Below are positions 57,821-64,000 of a DNA stretch of 64,000 bases, piece by piece. The stretch covers positions 1 through 64,000 of the IMG/VR virus record IMGVR_UViG_3300044716_000122. One strand, given 5' to 3'. The notes below the pieces were generated by a model that saw only the letters and a list, made by a program, of their open reading frames with translations, had not been told where the DNA came from and did no database searches. Every line of letters begins with the position of its first letter. Position 1 is the stretch's first letter. Origin of the DNA: a virus (Duplodnaviria; Caudoviricetes). A program made the position numbers and the translations under genes.

Positions 57821-57851
57821 CAAATATAATTTAATTTTAAGTTTAAGTCAA
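57821..57851 (-). promoter_or_regulatory. Bacteroidota-type promoter
   Basis: Minus strand AACCCTTG-N20-TATATTTGTA. Confidence 0.7.
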
Positions 57852-57861
57852 GGGTTAATTT

Positions 57862-57899
57862 GAAAACTAGAAGAGCCTACTTTCGCAGGCTCCTACTAG
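57862..57899 (-). terminator. terminator-like hairpin after the tail fibre gene
   Basis: Minus strand GGAGCCTGC-GAAA-GTAGGCTCT-TCTAGTTTT. Confidence 0.7.
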
Positions 57900-57944
57900 C
57901 AAGATGACAGGAAAACCAACCAAAAAATCCTGCCAAGATTTTTA

Positions 57945-59852
57945 TTAAGGTAGAATTGTGTAAGACAATCCTCCTAAAACAATTTCAACATTAACACCTG
58001 CTGTACCGTATACTACAGTACTTGCAGGGTAAGTAGGATAAGCAATCAATCTCAACACTCCTGAACTATCTAAAGATACCATAGCATCAAATGATCCAGT
58101 AGGCTCAATAAAAGGAGTAGTACCTTTAAGGTAAACTTTAGCTTGAAGATATATTGTACCTGCAGGTCTAATTGCTACAGGAGCAGTTGCTATGTCTACA
58201 GGAGTTCCCGAAGTTAAAGCAAGTGTACCAGTAGAAGTTATACGAATGTTTCCATTCAAAGTAACCATTTGTCCATGCAATACACCCATCAAGTATCCTG
58301 AACCAGGAGTTGTAGGAAATGATAAAGAGTTTCCATTAATAGCACCTGTTACAGTAACAGGAGTAAAGTTATATCTTACAGGAGTAGCTAAGGTAGCTTC
58401 TAAGTTGACAGTTATATCTGTAGCATTGTTTGCACGAGTTGCAGTAACTGTTCCTCCAGTAGAAGTAAAGATAAGTTCTTTGTTTACAAACTCAGAGCCA
58501 TTCCAGAATAAGGTATGATAAATTGCAGGAGCAGAAGTAACTACATCTGCTAAAGCATTTATAGAACAACTGTTAAGCTGTGAGCAAACAAAACGAACTC
58601 CTGAAGCTAATGATAGATTTAATCCATCAGCATCACTTGTAGATACAAAGTCAGATCCGTTTATTTTAAGTTTAAGTCTACCTAGAGTATCTACTACACG
58701 ACCTAACTGAGTAGCTAGAGTTGTGCTACTGTTAGTGTAACCAAAAGTGTATCCGTAGTAAGGAGTAGAACCAAAGTTTGTGGTCCAAGTCAAAGCAAAA
58801 TTTGCAGGGGCAAGAGAAGCTACAGTACTATTTAAAGAAGCAATCTGACTTGTAAACAAGATAGCTGCTGCACTTAAAGTACTAGTAGAAGATCCTCCTG
58901 ACAAAGCAGAAGTATTAATAGATGCAGGAACTGCACTACCTCCTGAGATATAAGTTTTAAGAGCATTAGCTGCAGCTGTTGCAGTACCAATACTATAACT
59001 TTGTGATACGTACATGCCACACACATTAGTAGTAATCCAGTTAATATAATCTGATACTACGCTACTAGAAGGCTTAGTAGTCCATGAATAAGTAATACAA
59101 GGATCTGGAACCACCCCTGTCATATCTATACTTGTAGTAGTAGTACAAAGTTTAGTTCCGTATGCAGTTAACACTTGACCTAAGGTAGAACTACCAGAAG
59201 TAATTCCTGTAACACATCCAGGTACTGTAAAAGTAGGAGTCTCTACTGAAATTACTCTAGTGTTTAAAGAACATAAAGCAGCAGCACTAGCCTCAATAAA
59301 TTGTTGAGCACTTGTAATAGAACTACCTACACTACTTAAGTTTCCTCCTACACGCAAACATCCGTAAGTAAATACAGAATAATCCAATCCTGAAGGAGTA
59401 GCTAAACAGATTCTTGCGTTAAGACTAGCAATAACTGTATCTAAGTTATTAGGAGAAGAAATCAAAGGGACTAAACTTAAAACTGCAATAGTTAAGTTAT
59501 TAGCAGTAGTAGCTCCTCCGATAGTTGCACCTGCTACAGTCAAGACATCATTAATTGTATATCCTGTACCAGGAGCTATAAGAGTAACTTTATATACAAG
59601 AGACCCTACAGTACGAGTTACCTTAACACTAAGACCACTACCAGTTCCTCCCGTAGGACTTACGGTGTAATCAGTAGTAGTTCCAGGGTTTACTGCAACT
59701 CCTGTAAAGTTAAAAGTTTTTACTCCTCCTGTTGCACAGAACAAGTCTGGACCAGAATAAGTAATACACTTGGCATAATTAGTTGAAATACAACCCACAG
59801 TAGCACAAGGGTCAATAGAATTAGTTCCGTAGCAATCAATACAAGTAGACAT
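57945..59852 (-). CDS. tail fibre / spike protein
   Basis: Thr/Ser/Gly-rich; Cys-rich N-terminus MSTCIDC (ATG 59852); C-terminal MVTLNGNI...IATAPVAIRPA fibre tip pattern. Confidence 0.7.
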   Translation of the reverse strand: MSTCIDCYGTNSIDPCATVGCISTNYAKCITYSGPDLFCATGGVKTFNFTGVAVNPGTTTDYTVSPTGGTGSGLSVKVTRTVGSLVYKVTLIAPGTGYTINDVLTVAGATIGGATTANNLTIAVLSLVPLISSPNNLDTVIASLNARICLATPSGLDYSVFTYGCLRVGGNLSSVGSSITSAQQFIEASAAALCSLNTRVISVETPTFTVPGCVTGITSGSSTLGQVLTAYGTKLCTTTTSIDMTGVVPDPCITYSWTTKPSSSVVSDYINWITTNVCGMYVSQSYSIGTATAAANALKTYISGGSAVPASINTSALSGGSSTSTLSAAAILFTSQIASLNSTVASLAPANFALTWTTNFGSTPYYGYTFGYTNSSTTLATQLGRVVDTLGRLKLKINGSDFVSTSDADGLNLSLASGVRFVCSQLNSCSINALADVVTSAPAIYHTLFWNGSEFVNKELIFTSTGGTVTATRANNATDITVNLEATLATPVRYNFTPVTVTGAINGNSLSFPTTPGSGYLMGVLHGQMVTLNGNIRITSTGTLALTSGTPVDIATAPVAIRPAGTIYLQAKVYLKGTTPFIEPTGSFDAMVSLDSSGVLRLIAYPTYPASTVVYGTAGVNVEIVLGGLSYTILP

Positions 59853-59854
59853 AG

Positions 59855-60385
59855 TTATGGGCAACAATCACAAAGTTTAACAATAATAGCTTGAAGTAAT
59901 CCTCTAAGCGTAAGAATCTCATCACCAGAACAAGGATCATCTCCTAAACAACCATTAGCAGCTAACCAAGTTTTGAAAGAAGTATCTAAAGGAAGATCCA
60001 TCCAAAATATATTACCTGAGTTAGTATTAATATTTCCTGCAGACAAGTAGTTTAAGCGAGAACGCAACTCACAAATAACTGCTACAAGTTTAAGTACAAC
60101 TTCAGCAGAATAATATTTATCATCTGTTACTGTAAGACCTACTGTAGAAATTACCGAAGTAGTTCCACATGCTGTGTTAGCATTATCAAATGCAGTTTTA
60201 TTTAATCCTACACGAGTGTCTATGTTAACTACTTTATCATCTAACAACTTAAGCAAGTCGTTTAAGTAAGGGTCACAAGAATCAAAAGAATCTATAAGTC
60301 CTCCTGGAGTAGGAGTACCAGTGTATTTGACGCACCCAGAAGGAACGATCTCGACACAGTTATTGGTAGGGCAGCATTTAGTCAT
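59855..60385 (-). CDS. Cys-rich fibre-associated structural protein
   Basis: 176 aa with 12 Cys; CVKYTG motif parallels CITYSG in the fibre. Confidence 0.65.
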   Translation of the reverse strand: MTKCCPTNNCVEIVPSGCVKYTGTPTPGGLIDSFDSCDPYLNDLLKLLDDKVVNIDTRVGLNKTAFDNANTACGTTSVISTVGLTVTDDKYYSAEVVLKLVAVICELRSRLNYLSAGNINTNSGNIFWMDLPLDTSFKTWLAANGCLGDDPCSGDEILTLRGLLQAIIVKLCDCCP

Positions 60386-60389
60386 TTTC

Positions 60390-60578
60390 TTACAATTTAA
60401 TTTTTAGGGTTGCATTTGTATCGCAGTCTAAACAATCAGCATACTTAAGGAAGCGTGCTAATGCTCTAGACTTTTTGTAATAGGGTTTTGTTAAGTACTT
60501 GATATGCTGTAGTTCCTTGTAGGCAGCCATAGCTAGTTTTTTCTTAACAGTCAAGCTCAAATCTTCTGAGTAGGTCAT
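60390..60578 (-). CDS. small structural protein (possible tail hub partner)
   Basis: MTYSEDL... from ATG 60578; the track extension to 60659 lies inside the next gene. Confidence 0.5.
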   Translation of the reverse strand: MTYSEDLSLTVKKKLAMAAYKELQHIKYLTKPYYKKSRALARFLKYADCLDCDTNATLKIKL

Positions 60579-61050
60579 CGGCTTTCTTATATAATTCAGT
60601 AGCTTTTGCAGGATTGCAAAGGTCAGCATGTGCCTCAGCTCCCTTAAGCAAAAACTCAATTTTGTCTAAGTAATATAACATCTTCTCATCATCACAGCAG
60701 TCTACATGTTTAGCCCACTGAACTCCAAGACGACAATCAATTTTGCAGGTACGCAAATGGTACCTAGTACATACTCCTACATTAGGGCAAGGAGCAAATT
60801 CCAATTTGTACACACCATCAGGAAGTGGAGTAAAGCTATCTGTCTCCTCTACTGTTAGTCCAAAAGAATAAGCAGTAAATATGTTTACCTCACTTACTAC
60901 AAACTCAAAGTTAAAAGGGTCATCAAACCCAGGTAGAGTAATACTAATTTCTGCACTAGTGGGAACTACTGGATAAAATGATGTATCCAAGATAGATAAG
61001 AAAGCGCAGTCTTTGGCTTTTAATGCTTCGATGTTTAGTTGTACATTCAT
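60544..61050 (-). CDS. putative tail hub protein
   Basis: 168 aa; LPDGVYKL Ig-like motif and helical C-terminus; synteny. Confidence 0.6.
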   Translation of the reverse strand: MNVQLNIEALKAKDCAFLSILDTSFYPVVPTSAEISITLPGFDDPFNFEFVVSEVNIFTAYSFGLTVEETDSFTPLPDGVYKLEFAPCPNVGVCTRYHLRTCKIDCRLGVQWAKHVDCCDDEKMLYYLDKIEFLLKGAEAHADLCNPAKATELYKKADDLLRRFELDC

Positions 61051-61054
61051 GTTT

Positions 61055-61079
61055 AAAAAAGGGGAGTGTTACCTCCCCT
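61055..61079 (-). terminator. rho-independent terminator
   Basis: Minus strand AGGGGAG-GTAACA-CTCCCCT-TTTTT. Confidence 0.8.
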
Positions 61080-61094
61080 ATTTATTTTAAAAAA

Positions 61095-61391
61095 TTAGTG
61101 AAGGGCTACCCAAGCTGAAGCAGCATAAGCCTCAATTTTTGTAGTTGTAGAATTGTAAATAATAGTGCCATTTACTACACCAGTCAAAGCATTACGCTCA
61201 GTTGTAGTATATGTTTTTAGAGTTACAGTAGAGTTACTAACTTGACCCCCTGCAAGATTCTTTACACAGCAAGTAGGATTAGCCAAAACACTTATTACAA
61301 AATTCTCCAAAGATTCTCCAGGGATAGAGTTTGTATGTGATGTCTTAGTCTCCTTAAGGTATGTACCTGATTTTAGAATAATATCTTTCAT
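61095..61391 (-). CDS. small virion decoration / fibre-like protein
   Basis: TTTERNAL...NGTIIYNSTT.KIEAY...W motif common in fibre repeats. Confidence 0.6.
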   Translation of the reverse strand: MKDIILKSGTYLKETKTSHTNSIPGESLENFVISVLANPTCCVKNLAGGQVSNSTVTLKTYTTTERNALTGVVNGTIIYNSTTTKIEAYAASAWVALH

Positions 61392-61414
61392 TTTTGTTTT
61401 ATTTAATTAAGGTT

Positions 61415-61442
61415 AAAAAAGGGGAGAGTATTAATCTCCCCT
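61415..61442 (-). terminator. rho-independent terminator
   Basis: Minus strand AGGGGAGA-TTAATAC-TCTCCCCT-TTTTT. Confidence 0.8.
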
Positions 61443-61449
61443 ATTTAGA

Positions 61450-63045
61450 TTAGACGTGAAGACTAGTTGGCAATACGTTATTCAACGCAGTAGCAACCGC
61501 AGCAGTTACACCTGACGCAGCCAAGATGATAACAGAGTGAGTGTTCTCAGACTTCTTCTCAAATCCTACTGGAGAAGCGTCAAGATAAGTGATCTCATAC
61601 ATATCGTAAGTTGTAGCACTATTTACGTACAAGAAATTGTTTGAATCTTCGTTGTAAATAGGATTCCAATACCTACGAGCATCAGAAGTTGCAGGCAAGT
61701 TGTTACCAAAGTAATGACGTTCCATTTCAGCCATAGCCTTACCTTCACCCAAAGGATACTTAATATCTTGAGTAGTAGTTACAGGAATAGCAGCACAGAA
61801 GTTTTCGATATCGAAATCTTGAGTATTGTAAGGACCTTCGTGGATGCTTACTTTGAAACGTACCAAGTTGAATACATAAGGAACTGCATCAGGAACACAA
61901 GCGTTTCCGAATTCATCCATAGCATTACCAACAAGTTTAACACCACAAGCAGTTACAGCAGCAGCAGTTACCAATACTTTCTCCCATGCAATGTTATTGT
62001 AAAGAGGCATCAAAGTGATGTCAGAAATCAAAGGAGTTGCAATTTCAAACATACTGTTACCCAAAGAATCTGCATCTGAATCTCCATCTGTATCAGCAGT
62101 AAAAGTGATTGCACCATAAGTTGCAGCAGGGTAGTATGCTTTCAAAGCATTTAACAAAGTACCTTCTGCTCCAGTAGTAGCAGTAACAGTGATAGTAAAG
62201 TCATCAGCAGTAGTAGTACCACCTGTGATTTTAGTACCAAGAAAAGTGATTACTTCTCCGATAGCGTACCCAGAACCTGCCGCATTAACTGTAACTGCAG
62301 TCAAAATTCCTCCTGCAACAGTAAAGTTAAAGGAAGCACTAGTACCACTACCAGAAGTAGAACTTTGAGTAATAGCAGTATAACTACCATCAGTAAATCC
62401 AGTAGCAGCAGTAGTATTTAATACAACAGTTGATGCACCACCTACGTTTGTACCTGGATCAGGAAGAGTCAAAGTATACTTGTAAGTAGGCAAAGTACCT
62501 TTATAAACATAACTAGCAGTTACATACTTGCTCAACAAAGGAGAAGCGTTAATCTTACCAGCAAGATCGCTCATGTAAGTAGAGCAACCCAAAGAGTCAC
62601 ATCCACCTGCACAATCAGCGCAACAAGCAGTCTTAATGCTTACTGACTCTTGGATCATAGGTTGGAAAACACCTTTGCTCCAGTATTCGTCAATTTTCAA
62701 AGTAACAACATACTCTTCATCGCAAGAGAAAGAAGGAGACTTAGAGTCGTTAACTTCGTCAAAACCGATGTAAGAGATTTGTTGTTTAATGCTAGTATCA
62801 GCTACAGTCTTAACTGCAGAGATAATGTTAGAAACTTTAATAGCAGAAGTCTTGAAAGAACCGTATTTGCTACCAACTGCAGCAGATCCGATAGCTACCA
62901 AGAAATCAGCATCAGCAGTAGTACCACCGATGTTAGAAAAAGTAGTAGGGTTATAAATACCCAATACTTGCAGACCCAAAGCGTCAGTAGTCAATGAAGT
63001 ACTAACTGAGCTAGGTACGAAAATTTGTGTGATTTTGTGATTCAT
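61450..63045 (-). CDS. auxiliary capsid protein-like structural protein with inserted beta domain
   Basis: 531 aa; GEGK...EME...G...Y..YEITY C-terminal pattern; crAss synteny; followed by a terminator. Confidence 0.65.
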   Translation of the reverse strand: MNHKITQIFVPSSVSTSLTTDALGLQVLGIYNPTTFSNIGGTTADADFLVAIGSAAVGSKYGSFKTSAIKVSNIISAVKTVADTSIKQQISYIGFDEVNDSKSPSFSCDEEYVVTLKIDEYWSKGVFQPMIQESVSIKTACCADCAGGCDSLGCSTYMSDLAGKINASPLLSKYVTASYVYKGTLPTYKYTLTLPDPGTNVGGASTVVLNTTAATGFTDGSYTAITQSSTSGSGTSASFNFTVAGGILTAVTVNAAGSGYAIGEVITFLGTKITGGTTTADDFTITVTATTGAEGTLLNALKAYYPAATYGAITFTADTDGDSDADSLGNSMFEIATPLISDITLMPLYNNIAWEKVLVTAAAVTACGVKLVGNAMDEFGNACVPDAVPYVFNLVRFKVSIHEGPYNTQDFDIENFCAAIPVTTTQDIKYPLGEGKAMAEMERHYFGNNLPATSDARRYWNPIYNEDSNNFLYVNSATTYDMYEITYLDASPVGFEKKSENTHSVIILAASGVTAAVATALNNVLPTSLHV

Positions 63046-63056
63046 AATTTTATGTT

Positions 63057-63773
63057 TTATTCAGAGTTTTTGATTAGACGATCTTCAGCAAACACAGCTT
63101 GTGCTTGATTGTCATTTGATTGAGCAGCAAACTTAACAGCTAGGTCGACAATGTCAGACTTAGCATATTCAGGGAGTTCACAGTCTTGATTAACAGAACT
63201 ACTTCCATCAAACTTTACGTAACCCTGGACATCTATGCTAAGGGGATAACGTAAGTATGTAACGTAGACTTGGTCAACTGTAAACTTACCATCAGTATAG
63301 ACTGTTAAATTATCATTCCCCAGTGTGGCTATCGTAGTTCTCCACTTAAACGAAGGGTTATAATTATCATCTAGATACTTAGTAGTAAGTTCTCCGTGTC
63401 TAATTAGGTCTACTGTTAAGGGTTCAGAACATTTGTTCTGTGTACCTATAGCGTAAGACGAAATATAGAACATATAGTTTACTGCATCTTCCAAAGGGCA
63501 GTCATAGCCAATGTGAAAGAGATCGTTTGTTTTATTTGGTTTTAAAAGAACGTTAGATTGTTTTAACACTTGTAGGTCATCAATCCGTTTTCTGATAGAA
63601 TCGTATCCTACTTTATAAACGTTGTTAGGATTAAGTTTAGTCTTAACCCAACTAACTTGAGCCTTGTTGAGGTAAACCATAATGTCTTCAATCGGGATAT
63701 CAATATTATCCTGACGGTTGACTTTGTTTAGGGTTAACTTAAACTCATAGATGAGTTCCTCAACTGGGATCAT
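63057..63773 (-). CDS. tail ring / head-tail connector protein
   Basis: 238 aa; YLNKAQ...RIDDLQ.L...YLRYP...CELPE...IVDLAV. Confidence 0.75.
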   Translation of the reverse strand: MIPVEELIYEFKLTLNKVNRQDNIDIPIEDIMVYLNKAQVSWVKTKLNPNNVYKVGYDSIRKRIDDLQVLKQSNVLLKPNKTNDLFHIGYDCPLEDAVNYMFYISSYAIGTQNKCSEPLTVDLIRHGELTTKYLDDNYNPSFKWRTTIATLGNDNLTVYTDGKFTVDQVYVTYLRYPLSIDVQGYVKFDGSSSVNQDCELPEYAKSDIVDLAVKFAAQSNDNQAQAVFAEDRLIKNSE

Positions 63774-63788
63774 AGTTTGTGTTTATTT

Positions 63789-64000
63789 TTAGAGAGCGTC
63801 AATTCTAGCTTTATTCTTTAACTTGTCCTTAAAGGAATCGTATTCTTCAGTGTGCTTAGGGTCAGTTAAGAAAAGTTCAAACTCTTCAATTGACTTAGCC
63901 CATACATGTTCACCTTCGTATACAATAGAACCTTTAATTCTTACTATGTTTTTATCTACTAGGTCTTTAACAAGAGCCTTAACATCAAGCAAGTCATCAC
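63789..64000 (-). CDS. partial conserved crAss capsid-module protein (3' end)
   Basis: ORF runs off the window edge; ..KALVKDLVDKNIVR...FL.DPK pattern. Confidence 0.55.
   Translation of the reverse strand, partial: DDLLDVKALVKDLVDKNIVRIKGSIVYEGEHVWAKSIEEFELFLTDPKHTEEYDSFKDKLKNKARIDAL

Noticed and set aside
21012-62997. Plus-strand short ORFs in the right arm (e.g. 21012, 28016, 30419, 32862, 40527, 48857, 58192, 61714, 62650) and nested minus ORFs 46075, 54205, 55968
   Set aside because: Antisense or out-of-frame shadows of long structural genes
1-64000. Stop-codon reassignment (TAG or TGA), known in some crAss-like phages
   Set aside because: Very long ORFs (4349, 1926, 1622 aa) are uninterrupted in code 11, coding density is high, and TAG and TGA both end genes at sensible boundaries
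1-64000. tRNAs, CRISPR arrays, DGR/retron reverse transcriptase, integrase, transposases
   Set aside because: Intergenic gaps are short and showed no cloverleaf or repeat-spacer pattern by eye; no RT, recombinase or DDE motifs were recognised

Overview
The window is a 64 kb fragment of a lytic crAss-like phage (Crassvirales), read in standard genetic code 11. The host is most likely a Bacteroidota, judged from TAnnTTTG/TTG promoters and A-rich leaders without Shine-Dalgarno sites. Two convergent arms meet at a bidirectional terminator near 20.3 kb. The + arm (1-20.3 kb) holds small accessory genes, an M28-type peptidase and a replication/recombination module: DnaB, AAA_24 ATPase, SSB-like protein, primase, DnaA-CTD protein, UDG, DUF932, NinG/NinB-like proteins, PolA, DUF5664, PD-(D/E)xK nucleases and GroES. 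The - arm (64-20.3 kb) holds tail ring, auxiliary capsid, hub, fibre, IHF-like and muzzle genes, basic cargo proteins, two giant virion proteins, a putative head-spike cassette, holin/spanin-like genes and a metallophosphoesterase. Main observations: (1) a 4349-aa virion RNA polymerase (GSDYDIDK) with an internal zincin domain and an intact C-terminal AlkB dioxygenase domain; (2) four cargo proteins carrying about 17 x-x-x-G-[GMA] motifs that look like processing or packaging signals, plus an unannotated protamine-like 50-aa ORF; (3) a candidate RcGTA-type head-spike base and fibre cassette with its own promoter; (4) one beta-rich module shared by the auxiliary capsid protein and the tail fibre. 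No tRNA, CRISPR array, integrase, intron/intein or stop-codon recoding was evident. All family calls come from motif recognition and synteny, not from database searches.
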